From Rhynchopus sp. YZ270_cl-10 (taxonomy: Eukaryota), in contig OZ037848.1 of NCBI GenBank assembly GCA_964035575.1, positions 1 through 64,000 on the forward strand: a stretch of 64,000 bases of DNA, read 5' to 3'. How positions within the stretch are numbered: position 1 is the first letter of the stretch; each line of letters starts with the position of its first letter. Below, one piece after another: positions 12,250-23,942 of the stretch. The notes beneath the pieces are model-generated. The model worked only from the letters and a program-made list of their open reading frames with translations. It did no database searches and was not told the origin of the DNA. The position numbers and the translations under genes were made by a program.

Positions 12250-13800
12250 TCAGAACACATACATAACTGGCGACATCAGCTTGTTATACGCATCGTACAT
12301 CTGCACAGATCGCTTCGACGGTAGGCCCTCCCGCCTCTCAAGGTAGACTTGACGGGTAAGCGTCTCCAGTGACGACTTCTCCAAGAGCACCTCGTCCTCC
12401 AGCTCCTGCAGCGTCTTTGCGACCTGGTCGAAGGAGCCGCGGTTTATGAGCTGTACCTCATCCTCTCCTGCACCTGACTCATCTCTGCTTCTGTGGCTCT
12501 CTCTCTGTCGGTGCTCATGAAGCGCTGCGACAGTCATATTAGCATGCCTCATCTGTGGCGCCTCCTTCTTTGGTCCCGGAGGTCGTTTGCTCCTTCTCAC
12601 GTTCCTCTGACGCAGGCCTTGAGGGGAGCGAGGCGACTGTGAAGACCCTCGATAACGACCGGGAGACCCGGGTGTGACAGGGACGAAGGACTGCCGTGAA
12701 TGGGAGTGTAGCTCCACAAGGTGGTCATCTCTCTCACGCTCCCTCTTCCGCTGTGAGAGGGGCGACTGAGAGAGGAGTGTACGTGGGGTGGAGAGGGGCG
12801 AGTGCGAGTGTTCTGTGGCTGCATGTGGGAACTGCTTCACAAAACGTTCATCCTGCATTCCCTGGTCTCTCAGCGCGTCTTCAAAGAGCGCCAGGCGCTG
12901 CCCTGTGTGTTCGATGTATTCCGCAAAGTGGCAATCCAGCTCCGCAAGCCTGCTGCTGACGTGCTTCTCAACTGTATCCTCCCACTGTGTGGCAGACTTC
13001 TTCTCTTCTAGTCGGGTGAGCAGAGCTTTTTCGCGCAGACGCTGCGTTTCGGTGATCTTCTCAAACGCTTGCTCCTTCTTCCTGCATTCTAGCTCCAGCT
13101 TTTTGAAAGAAAGCAGACTGCCTGGCGAGGGTTCGTGCGCTTCAGGAGCCTTGCGCTGGAGGGCAACGTACTCCGCACTTTGCGCAATCCCTGCGAGTCT
13201 GTGGGACATGACTCGGAGCTTTTGTGACGTGCGTTCGTCCAGCTGCATCATGCTCGTTCGCATGGACGCAAAGGCATCTTCGAGGATATTCTCTACACCT
13301 TCTAAGTTGACTGACGCGCCCGCACCACCACCACTGAGCCTGCTGAAGGTGGGCGAGTCGAGGGCGGAGCTGAATGGGCTTGGGCTTCTCTCGCTGATAC
13401 GCCGTTTGGTGTCCTTCCAGGCTACGCTCCCCTCAGCACGCACAAGGCGGATCTCGATGTCTCTCTCGCAGACAAGCTGCGAGTTGATCCACGGGTAGTC
13501 TATCAGCTTTTGCTGTGGGCACTCGATGCTCTCCAGGACGACACCCGGCGCCTCATCTGCCTGCAGCACGTAGTCCTGTGGGTTCACTTCCAGGCCAAAG
13601 CGGTCGTTGATCAGACGCACCTGTTGTCTCACAAGCTCGCGCGGAGTGTAGTGTGCGGGCACGTCGATTACGCGAATCACATCCCACGCCGGTGCCTCAT
13701 CAGCGTTCTGGAACCACAGCCGTGCACGGAAGATGCGGTCAGGGCGGGTTGGTGGGAGCAGCCCACCAGACACCTCTGTGTAAGGGAGGAGGGAATCCAT
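12250..13800 (-). CDS. Hypothetical protein: N-terminal ubiquitin-fold, PI3K Ras-binding-domain-like region, coiled coil and Ser/Arg-rich tail
   Basis: Long GC-rich ORF; likely ATG at 13800 (MDSLLP…). 'PQDYVLQ…QKLIDYPWINSQLVCERDIEIRLV' resembles the PI3K-RBD pattern; E/K/R-rich helices follow. Confidence 0.75.
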   Translation of the reverse strand: MDSLLPYTEVSGGLLPPTRPDRIFRARLWFQNADEAPAWDVIRVIDVPAHYTPRELVRQQVRLINDRFGLEVNPQDYVLQADEAPGVVLESIECPQQKLIDYPWINSQLVCERDIEIRLVRAEGSVAWKDTKRRISERSPSPFSSALDSPTFSRLSGGGAGASVNLEGVENILEDAFASMRTSMMQLDERTSQKLRVMSHRLAGIAQSAEYVALQRKAPEAHEPSPGSLLSFKKLELECRKKEQAFEKITETQRLREKALLTRLEEKKSATQWEDTVEKHVSSRLAELDCHFAEYIEHTGQRLALFEDALRDQGMQDERFVKQFPHAATEHSHSPLSTPRTLLSQSPLSQRKRERERDDHLVELHSHSRQSFVPVTPGSPGRYRGSSQSPRSPQGLRQRNVRRSKRPPGPKKEAPQMRHANMTVAALHEHRQRESHRSRDESGAGEDEVQLINRGSFDQVAKTLQELEDEVLLEKSSLETLTRQVYLERREGLPSKRSVQMYDAYNKLMSPVMYVF

Positions 13801-14078
13801 TCCTGTGTGAGGTGGTGGGGCATGGCAAACCTGTAAACGCGCAAATTCGTAGAGTGAAAGAGGGTGGGGGATCCGACATTTGTTCGCTATCAAGCGCGGC
13901 AAAAAAAAAAAAAACAGCGATATAAAAGGGGTGCTTGACAACAGAACCCCCAGTATTGTAGCGCGGGGTTTTCACTTTTGCACACCCTCAGTGACCCTAT
14001 CTTTAAAAAAGGTCGTTAGCTTAGAAATGTTCGAGAAAATGAGAAAAACGTTCAAGAAAATGAGCCGTTGAATTGACA

Positions 14079-15665
14079 TCACGGTGTGTTGCGTTTTGGA
14101 TCTCTGGGGAACATCGAGACGGACCTGATGTTGTCCATCCCCAGGAAGAGCATCACGACACGCTCGAGGCCGAGGCCAAACCCGCCGTGCGGCCAGGCTC
14201 CGAGCTCGAAGGAGCTAAGGTAGTGCTGCAGCTCTTCCTTGTCCGCACCCTTCTCTTCACAACGACGAACCAGTAGAGCGGCGTCGTGCACACGCTGCGC
14301 ACCACTCGAGATCTCCTCCCCACGCATGAACATGTCGTACGAGTTACTCAGCTTCGGGTTCTCCGGATGCGGCATTGTGTAGAAAGGACGCACACTCAGC
14401 GGGTAGCGGTCCAGGATGTAGAAGTCAACTCCGTAGCGCTCCTTCACCATGCGCCCAAGCGTCTTCTCTGCTTCGGTCGTGAGGTCCTCATCGGCGGAAA
14501 GCTGTTCGTTGTCGGGCAGGGCCGTGTTCAAAAAGCGTATCCCCTCAGGGTACGACAGTCGCAGACTGGGGAGTGTGCGCGAGGCCACTGACGCTTTGTA
14601 TTCATCTGCAGAGTCTCGCTCGCCTTCGATGCCGACACAGAGCGTGTCAAGCGTGTCCTCGCTCATGACATGCACGAAGGGGGTGTGCGGGAACTGCGCC
14701 TGCACCGCGTCTAGCTCCACAGTGCAGTTGCGCTGCAGGCTCGAGAAGATGTGCGACAGCAGCGCCTCAGCCACCTCTAGCACCTCCCCGTAGTGCTCTG
14801 TGATCGCCATCTCGACGTCCAGCCCAGTGAATTCACACAGGTGGCGGTGCGTGTTTGAATTCTCCGCACGGAACACAGGGCCGACCTCAAACACACGCTG
14901 CAGGTCACCCATCAGGGCCATCTGCTTGTACAGCTGCGGCGACTGTGCGAGGAACGCGTCCCTCCCCCCGACGTAGCCAAGCTTGAACACCGTCGCCCCA
15001 CTCTCGCTTGCAGCGGGGATGATCTTCGGGGTATGGATCTCGGTGAAGTCACGGCGCTGCAGGAACTCGCGGAAGTACTGGCAGACACGTGACTGGAGTT
15101 TCCAGATTGCGTTGTTCGCAGGGGTGCGCATGTCGAGCCACCTGTTGTCAAGACGGGTGCTCTGCAGTACGTTTGCGCATCCTGCGGACGCAGCATCGGA
15201 GAGCTGGAAGGGCAGCACGGCCTTGCTCGGCGAGACGAGCTGCAGGCCGGACACAACCACCTCGTGGCCGTGCACGGTGCAGCCCGATACAGGCTTCGAC
15301 GGTGCCACGACAGTGCCCACAACATCGACAATGCTCTCGGGTGCTAGCCCCGCAACCCAGCGCATCGTCTCCGCGTCCTCCTTGCGTATGATGCACTGCA
15401 CCGTGCACGTCTGCTGGCGCAGCACCAAGAAAATAATGTGCTTCGTCGCACGCACGTTGTCGACGCGTCCACGCAAAGTCACCTCAGTCCCGACGGCAGC
15501 AGACACACCCACAGAGGACACCTCCGACATGTGCTTTCTCGTGCGCTCCTGCGACTGAACCAAGGGAGCAACACCATACGTGCCCGTAGGTGTGGGTGTG
15601 GATGCGGGTGGCACAACACAGCCACGCCTCTGCAGTCCTACCAAACAGTGCCGCGCTACCTTCAT
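14079..15665 (-). CDS. DARS: Aspartyl-tRNA synthetase, eukaryotic/archaeal type, with N-terminal presequence-like extension
   Basis: OB-fold (ESIVDVVG), RLDNRWLDMRT, FLAQSPQLYKQM, motif 2 GPVFRAENSNTHRHLCEF, EEISSGAQR, motif 3 PHGGFGLGLERVVMLFLG…MFPRDP. Confidence 0.97.
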   Translation of the reverse strand: MKVARHCLVGLQRRGCVVPPASTPTPTGTYGVAPLVQSQERTRKHMSEVSSVGVSAAVGTEVTLRGRVDNVRATKHIIFLVLRQQTCTVQCIIRKEDAETMRWVAGLAPESIVDVVGTVVAPSKPVSGCTVHGHEVVVSGLQLVSPSKAVLPFQLSDAASAGCANVLQSTRLDNRWLDMRTPANNAIWKLQSRVCQYFREFLQRRDFTEIHTPKIIPAASESGATVFKLGYVGGRDAFLAQSPQLYKQMALMGDLQRVFEVGPVFRAENSNTHRHLCEFTGLDVEMAITEHYGEVLEVAEALLSHIFSSLQRNCTVELDAVQAQFPHTPFVHVMSEDTLDTLCVGIEGERDSADEYKASVASRTLPSLRLSYPEGIRFLNTALPDNEQLSADEDLTTEAEKTLGRMVKERYGVDFYILDRYPLSVRPFYTMPHPENPKLSNSYDMFMRGEEISSGAQRVHDAALLVRRCEEKGADKEELQHYLSSFELGAWPHGGFGLGLERVVMLFLGMDNIRSVSMFPRDPKRNTP

Positions 15666-15960
15666 TTTTTCGTTGCACCTGCTGAAAGTGTTAAATACGT
15701 TTTTGGTTTGGGGCCATCACTAAAAAACAGTTTTTTTTTTTTTGAATTTGCTAATAAATAAAGGCTAGACAAAGGAAAAAGAAACCTAGAAAACCGAGCA
15801 CAAATAACGTACAAATATCCCCCACCCACCCACCTGACGCCGTAAATGAGACGGTAATTATCTGGGTCGGGTGAGCATATTCTTGCGATGTATGCGCCCC
15901 AACTGTACCCAGGAAACTAGCAATGCAGTTTACCCTACCATCTTACATCGACAACCGAAG

Positions 15961-16518
15961 TCACCACACCTCCTCCCCTTCCTCCCCCTCTGACTCCACG
16001 CACTCTCTGCGCTTCATGAACATTTCATAGTCGAACTGGTCGATCGACTCAATAGTCGAGCCTGGCAACAACCAAAGGGCAGACCTGCAGGGGCGGTTCA
16101 CCCATGCGGGGTACGCGAAACGCTGCTCGGGGAGGAGCTCGCGCGCCATCTCTTCGGCGAAGTCGTTGCAGTTCCAGCGCACGATGTGGTACGCATCGCC
16201 TGCGTAGCGTGCCTGCAGGCCTCTTACGAGCTGCTGCACTGCACGCTTCGTGAGCGTCGTGCGCCCGAGGTACACACTCTCCCTAAAAACGTGCCCCTCA
16301 CAGGTCTTTGGCGCAATGTGGTACACCCCAGTCTCGTCGACACTCCGCCCAAAACAGTACTCCCGGTTGTACACCTGCAAACCACTGTGGTGCGCGCCCA
16401 TCCCCACCCAAGCAAGCGCCGCATTGAGCTGTGTTATGTCGTAAACATTGAGGTACACATCAGCGTCGCTCCCTTCCTGTGCGTACACAGAGGGGTCCAC
16501 CGCCCCGCAGCAGAACAT
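15961..16518 (-). CDS. DESI: PPPDE/DeSI-family (desumoylating/deubiquitinating) cysteine peptidase
   Basis: VYLNVYD…GAHHSGLQVYNREYCFG and YHIVRWNCNDF (catalytic His and Cys); ATG at 16518. Confidence 0.93.
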   Translation of the reverse strand: MFCCGAVDPSVYAQEGSDADVYLNVYDITQLNAALAWVGMGAHHSGLQVYNREYCFGRSVDETGVYHIAPKTCEGHVFRESVYLGRTTLTKRAVQQLVRGLQARYAGDAYHIVRWNCNDFAEEMARELLPEQRFAYPAWVNRPCRSALWLLPGSTIESIDQFDYEMFMKRRECVESEGEEGEEVW

Positions 16519-18042
16519 CAAGAAACCGGTGTGCTTCTGTTATTGGTAATGTTGCCCAAAGAAAAAGGTATGAGTGTGTGAGGAGCGAGCAAAAAAAATC
16601 TCGCTGATTTTTTTTCCCTCTTTTTTTTGTTATCTTTGCATCCTGGAGGGGAGTGAAGGAAGAGGCGGAGGGGAAGGGCGGTAATTTGAGACTAGGGGAA
16701 AAAGGGGAGTGGATTTTGTTTTCTATTGACTCTCTATACGGTACAAAAATGGGGTGGGGAGGGTGAGAAAAAAGGAGAAACTAAGATGTGCCTCTACACA
16801 CATTTCAAAGAAAACACATAAAGTAGCCGGTAAGATGAACGTAAATCTCACCTAAAACACACAATTAAAAAGGAGGGATGACAAGCTGGTTTTTATGTCA
16901 AATAAAAATGAGCATCATGCCATGGGACAAAAAAGCGAAAAAGCTTTTAAAAATGGTAATGCGTGGAGATGGAACAAAGTTAAAATACCCGCGCGTGTGG
17001 GCAAATATGCTGCCATTTGTACTAACGCTGCGAATCTCTGACATTCCCTACATTAAGTTCGGCAGACATAATTACTTCTAAAACCCATCGCGCTCAGCAT
17101 ATATCTCCAGCACACACACTTTTTTTAGCTGCTTTTATTGTTGACAAAATAGATGGTTGAAAAGCGGAGGGTCCAAAATGTTGGCCAATTGCTCCTAAAC
17201 AACATACCTATCAATAAGGACGCAGAATCTGCAATACATGTTTTCTTGTAAAGAAAAGAAAGTGCTGTCTTTTTGACAACACCCCTCTCCAGATACAAGA
17301 AGAAGAAAGAAGAAAATCGAATGAATGTGCCGCTCGCGCACACACGTCTAAATAATATATTGTGCACAAACACTCCCCCTACAGATGCAGGTACCCCTGT
17401 GCCATCAATTGGCTGCCCGATAATCTTCGGACAACTTCGGAAGATCTGACTAAGAAGACTGCAAACTGCTGAAATGAAGTGGCGATATGTTTCTATTCTC
17501 TCTAGAGAACAGAAAAAAAATTTGACACAAAAAAGAAACAACAACGACAACATAGCTTTACGGAAAGTTCTAAAAAACAAATTCATATACCTACTAGTAG
17601 AAACCAATTAGCCACTAGTAAGCGTTAAAGTTAAAGGGTGTAACATGTACTCCCCTCCTTTTCCTCTTCTTCCGAGGAAGATGCTGATAACAACGTGGAC
17701 TCGTTTTTTTTTTTGAAAAGCAATAAAATTGAGCAAGGGTAGCAAAAACAAAAATCTAATACCCGGGCATACCCCTGTTCTTGCGCCTCAAAAAAAATAG
17801 TCTGTAGGAACGCTTCCGTTTGAATCAAAGCATCCGTTTTGGAGCAAAGGGCGACAAGAAAGCATCGCGTTTATTTTGACAACATTTGTAACCACATATT
17901 AGAAATTCTAAAAAAGGCACCGTCGATTATAAACTTCAGACTCGAGGGGGTGGCGCGCATCTCTAATGTAAAAACAAATAAATCCTAAACACAAGGTTTT
18001 TAGAATTTAATTTATGAAGCGATTTGTTCTGTTTTTCTCTTT

Positions 18043-20267
18043 TCACTTCCGACTTGGCCCCCTTCTCTGCATCTGTAAGGGTTTCTTAAACATCATATCT
18101 GGCTGGCCACTCCCGCCTGCAATGAACCGCAGGCCTTCTGCATGCAGGTCGCTACCACTACCACCCCCCGCCCCGCACAGCGACCAATCCGGCCCCAGGT
18201 GGTCATTTGGCGTATACCCCATACTCTTGGAGGGGCGGGCTGGGCCAGCAATACCACCTTGCCGGCCCCCCACTGTGCCCTCTCCTTCTCCCTCCCCTTT
18301 CCGCCAGCTGTATGAGTTGGGCATCACCCCACAGTCGTCCACGGATGTGGAGGCACGCACACCGACTCCACGCACAGGAGGTCCACCCTCGGGCCACACG
18401 CCTGGTGCCCCGTGGTCGGGTTCGCGTGCGACAGCAGCACGGCGACGTGGTGGTGAGGCAGGTGCGGTGTGGTGGGGGCGGCGAGTGCGGGTGGCGATGC
18501 TTGCGATGTAGGCATGCGCCTCCTGTTGGGCCTCGAGGATCTCGCGTGCGTATGGGTCGCTGTGTGTTGTGAGAAGTAAAAAGAGAGGGAAATGGTTGAT
18601 CCATCCGAGTAAGTGTGCGGCTTGTTTTTGATAATTATCTTTGAACATGTTGGGCTTTGTCACAATCGTAAAAACACAGTCGTAATATTTATCTACCATA
18701 CCAGCCCCCTTGGGTTGCGTTAGGGTTACCCTCCGCCGGCTGCTGTGTAGCAAGGTACACAGGACGGTGCCGTCCTGTGCGCGCTGTCGTGTCCTCTGTC
18801 ACGTCGCCCTCAAGAGTGTTCGGATTCCCCACAGCGCCGCTGAGCCTGCGGTGCATGCGCTTGCCAGGGACGTCAGGTGCTGCAGCCTCATCTGGGTTTG
18901 GGTTGCCAGAGACATGCTTCGTCGCCCGTAACGGCTTCTTAGAGAGGCGCGCAACCTGTTTGTTTGTTGTTTGTGGAATAAGTGTGGTGAGAAAATATGT
19001 ACTCGTCATGCTGACCAAAAAAACGCTAACACACCTCAACCTCACCCAGGTATTCGGCGGACGCACCAAACCAGGCACCTCCTCCTCCTCCTCCTCCTCC
19101 CCCACTACCTTCTCTACACGCCTTCCCCACCTTGGGCGAAGCTGCCATGCCCCCTGCACCGTTAGGGTTGCTTGCTGCTGTGGCATCGCTTGCAAGACGT
19201 CGACGGCGCGAGAGCGAGCAGCGCCGCACTGGGAGTGGGACTGCGAAGGGCTTCGGGTGCGATGCACGGGTGATGCGGTGCTTGCTGCTGCTGCGGGAGC
19301 GGCTTTGTTGAATCTGCTGTTCACCCGTACTGTTCCCTTCACCGCCCCGTTCACCACCCTCCTCTCCCCGTCGTGCCCCTTGAGCAGACAACACGGTGCT
19401 CCCCGGTGTCTCACAAAACGGGTACATAACCTGCGGTGCAGAGGTGTTGGTGATAGATGTATTCTGTTGCGTCCTCGTGAGTGGGGTGATGCCGTCTGGG
19501 GACTCCGTCGTGGATGGGACGTTTGCGAACCTCAGAAGAATGCTGATGCCTGCAGTGGAACAAACCCGAGAAACGTCGGCTTGAGAGGCAACGGGCACCC
19601 CGTCAATGTGTGTCAGAGTTTTCCCCGTGACAGATTCTGCGAGATGCCCACTGCGGAGCATCGCACCATCCTCGTCGCATCCTACCACACACAGCCCGTC
19701 GCCAAACGCCAACCCCAACCCCTCCTTTGGGGCTTTGAACACTCGAAGAGGTGGTGCCTCCACAGGACCTGAGAACGCAGTGTTCGAGAAAGCCGACAGG
19801 GGTGCTGCCACGTTGACGTCCACGAGAGAGTGCAGGGCGTGCACGGACGGGGTGACGGGGATGGGTGTTGGTAGAATAGGAGTAAAGGTGGCGCTGCGTG
19901 CACCCATGTCTGCCATGTGTCCTGGTGCGGCAGCGGGAGGAGGGAGTTCGGAGACAGGTGGTGCTGACGGTTGTCCCGGTGTGGTGTATGGTGTTGCCGT
20001 TGCCGTTGCTGTTGCTGTTGCTGTTGCTGTTGTTGTTGTTGTTGTTGTTGTTGCAGACGCCTGGAGCCCCCGCCACACAAGCTCGATATGCGCGACATCG
20101 ACTGCAGAGAGCACACCGTACGTCGGCAACAGGCCATGCAGTGTCGTCAGCGAAAGGCACGCAAGCTCGGCCTCCGTGAAGTCGGGCCCCGTCAGACGCA
20201 CCAACTTGCTCCACGCCTCGTGGGGTGCGTCGGGCACGCACGACGCCACAGAGGGAAGCCGCCCCAT
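18043..20267 (-). CDS. Four-exon hypothetical protein with N-terminal SAM-like and PDZ-like regions and low-complexity tail
   Basis: Frames join via GT-AG introns at ~19430-19379, ~19046-18956 and ~18700-18561. PDZ-like 'EGLGLAFGDGLCVVGCDEDG…TLTHIDGVPV'. Confidence 0.65.
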
Positions 20268-21450
20268 GATTCGTTTCCCCCCAGAGCTTCGTAGAGGGTA
20301 GAGGGAGGGAGGGAGGAAGGAAGGGGGGGTTGTTTGTAAGAAGCGTGGTGCGCAGTGTGCTTTGCCGCAAGCAATATCAGACGTGGGTGGGACTGAGAGA
20401 AGGGTGGGGTGCTATTTTATCTCTTTGTATGTGGGATGGAGGGTTCGGGCATATCCTTCTGTCGGGTCCGTTTGTTTTTTTTATTTTTGTTCCACAATTT
20501 TTTTTCTTGTTTCGACACAAAGAAAAGAAAGAATTCGTCGTTTGTAATCCGCTGTAGCTCGACCGCGAACACTATCGGAATGCAAACGACAAAAATACAC
20601 GAGTCAGATAAGCACCGAAAGGTGACCCAGGCAGAAAATAAACCGGAGGTGCCTTAAGTTCCTTCCGCACAAACAAAGAAAGGTTGCTAAGGTCTCACGT
20701 GCTCAGCCACCTTCACTATCGTTATCTGTACAGTATCAGCTGTACGGCTGCTGTACAACGACGTAAACAAAAGGAGAGAAGAAGAAATAGCACAGACACA
20801 ACCGCTTGCGTAGATATGTTGGGCCCTGCACTAATGCTGGGTGGCCCAAGTGTTTTGGATTACCAACATTGGTACGGTACAACATATTTACCCACGGCAA
20901 AAGAAAAGCTTGTGATCCAAGAAGGAAATGCCCTGTAAGTGATAAAACACAGACACGCTATGTGTCTTTGTTAAAAAAAAGCTCGCACACACACAGGGAT
21001 TTGGACAATTTTTTGTTCGTTTTTTTCTTTGTTTGTTCTCAATTTTGATAAGGGGTAACATCCTGTCCCAGGGGATAATCTAAAAACGTTCAGCAGGACT
21101 TCCCCCGCATCCACTCGTCAGGTAACGAACAAGGACCAAGGTAACTATACCGCAATGGGGAGAAGGGGAGAAGGGGAGAAGGGAGTTTGGGTTTCAGGGG
21201 AGAGGCACCCCTTTTGGTTGTTCTGTTCTTTGTTGGAAAACGGTCCGTTTCTTTTGCGATGCGCCCACCCACGAACGGTGAAGATAAAGCCAGGGAGGAA
21301 AATACAAGAACAATACACGGATCCTGCGTTTGCTATAAAAACACCGCCCAAAACACTTTCTGAGACTCAAAAGAAGAAAAATACATGAAATAACTCATCA
21401 TGAAAACCCCTACCTTGTGTCATTCAATCTACTCTTTTCAAAACGTTTTT

Positions 21451-23837
21451 CATACTGTGGGTGTTATAACGTTATGTATTACGTTATTTTTGTTATAACG
21501 TTATTTTTGTTATAACGTTATCCAATAACGTTATAACAAAAAATAAAAGTGTTATAACGTTATCGATAACGTTATAACACCGTTATAACTGTTATTTTTG
21601 TTATTGCGTTATGGTACCCAGGCACCCGGGCACCCAGGTACCCAGGTACCCAGGTACCCAGGTACCCAGGTACCCAGGTACCCAGGTACCCAGGTACCCA
21701 GGTACCCAGGTACCCAGGTACCCAGGTACCCAGGTACCCAGGTACCCAGGTACCCAGGTACCCAGTACACAGTGCCGGTGTACCTGGGTACCTGGGTACC
21801 TGTGTACCTGGACCTGGGTGCCTGTGCCTGGGCACCTGGGTACCATAACGCAATAACAAAAATAACCCCCAATGACATAACGAAGTATCGCTTGAAAGTA
21901 CCGTTCAAAATACCTTTCTTGGTGTGCATGAAGTAGCACACAAGCATTGCCAAGGTATATCAACCGATAAATCAATCAGATAAACGTTACATCATTGGAA
22001 AATTGTTGGCACCGCCCCCCTGTCTTCGTATTTATTACGTCGACAGGCCAAACAGCGTTGGGCTCAGAAGAAGCAGTGCAAGACACTGGGGATCAACATG
22101 AGAACCAACTCCCAACAACACAGGCTACCGAAGTAGCAGGTGGGGTGTTGCGGTGTTTGGGGTGAAAGAAAATCGATTTTGGTAAGTTACAGCAGAAAAT
22201 TCTTAAGTTTGCACTAGTCGAGAAGGGTTACCACTGCTCACGAGCGGTGCACCCATTTAAGGGTGGAGAAGCGTGACACGCACATACAAGTATGCACGTT
22301 ACTTCAACAAAGGCTGAATTCTGGTAATTCTAAGGGATGTGTGAATTACAGCCACCACATGGTTGTCATTAGGCTACTACCTTCGTCGTAAACGTATACA
22401 AAGGTTTCGCCCCCTTCTCTTTCATGCAAACTTAAGAAAATTCTGAAGTAACTACAACCTGGCGTGCGGGTACAGATGCATTGCTTTGTTCTTTCCTCAA
22501 AGTCATGTGTGATCTCTCGGGTCTGTACTAAAGTCAGTGTTTAGATAAGCATCCACTTGACTCGTTCTAACAACCGTTGAAATCGAACAAAACAATACAC
22601 TGCCCCTTCTCACACCAAGCCGCCATGCTTCAAGAGCATGCCCTGGGCAAAAATTACTGTGACAAAAACTGGTTTCTGGGGGAACGCAATATTTTCTTGT
22701 GCCTAGTCCTCCGCGAGCAGAGGACAGACTTTCCAGAAGGTTTCCAAAGTCGAATTTCTTGCACTAGCTATGCTCCCTGGGTTAAATGGCTATAGCAGTG
22801 ACTGACTAAGAGTTTCATAATAATTAGGGTGGTCTATGGGGGTGGTGTAAAACAAAACTAAAATCAATGATGAGTGATTTATTAGAGTATTATTAGAGTT
22901 TTGGAGATTATTACAAGCTCTTGGCAAGCTCTTGTGATCGGTCTAGGTCTGGGATTTTTCTGTGGAAAATGAGTGGAAACTGTGTAATTAGGTATTTGTA
23001 ATTACACGCTTCCACTCCAGACCTGCACAACATATCAGGCAGCAAAACTAAAAAATTCCCAATTTTTTGTGGGTAAAAATTGCAGAGAAAAATATTTGGT
23101 CTCAAAATCAGCGAGCCGGGGTATGACCAAAACAACGGAGGTCGTTGGTTCAATGAAGAAGTGCAAGCGATGACCCATCTGGACGGAGGAACGCGTCTTT
23201 ATGTATCCTGCATGACGCGGGTACGTCGACCAAGCTCTCCCGGGGTCCTCCAGACCCCCCTTGCACTTTTCACCTCCTCCCTCCCCTTCGCCTACCACCA
23301 TCGCTTTAGGGAGGCGTCTTATAGCGGTTACACATTGCACGCCTGTATCAGGATTTTTTGCGCGTCAATAATTGCGCGTCAATGAAAACTACTAATTGTA
23401 AGTTATATTTTGGAAGAATTTTTAAATAGGAACTTTTTTGAGAGAGGCTATTTTTGGGACTCATTTTTTCTTGGGACACATTTTTGGTGGATTTTTGGTG
23501 TGTAGGAGGTAAAAATATGTAACTTTCGGCCATTTTTGGTATTTTTGTTGGCAAAATCTGGCATTTTTGGCATTTTTGTGAAAAAAAATGTTGAAAATAA
23601 CACTCAAATAACACTCCAATAACACTTTTTTTGTTGGAATTTTTTTAAAATATGAAAAAAACATGTTTTTGGGGCATTTTTTTTGTTGTAACCCCCCCAA
23701 AAAAATTTTTGGGGGGGTTTTGGGCACATTCCGAACCACTCCTGGCCCTTAGAAGTAGATAGGAAAAAAAATAACAAAAATAACACTTTTAATAACGTTA
23801 TTAACGTTATAGATAACGTTATAACACCCACAGTATG
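21451..23837. mobile_element. Non-autonomous DNA transposon, 2.39 kb, 25-bp perfect TIRs, 6-bp TSD
   Basis: CATACTGTGGGTGTTATAACGTTAT at 21451 and its reverse complement ending at 23837; GTTTTT on both flanks (21445-21450, 23838-23843); subterminal ATAACGTTAT palindromes at both ends; no long ORF. Confidence 0.85.
21591..21866. repeat. Foldback structure: 32-bp perfect inverted repeats enclosing a (GGTACCCAG)n array and its inverse
   Basis: GTTATTTTTGTTATTGCGTTATGGTACCCAGG (21591-21622) vs CCTGGGTACCATAACGCAATAACAAAAATAAC (21835-21866). Confidence 0.92.
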
Positions 23838-23942
23838 GTTTTTAAATTGTTCAGACCCCAATTAGCCTTTTGCACATTATTTTTTTCTTTGGGAGGTTTG
23901 GAAAAAAAAACCATTGCCTCTGGATCGTCTTTTTCGACGTGT

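Noticed and set aside
21870..23400. Transposase remnant inside the TIR element
   Set aside because: Only short ORFs without recognisable DDE motifs.
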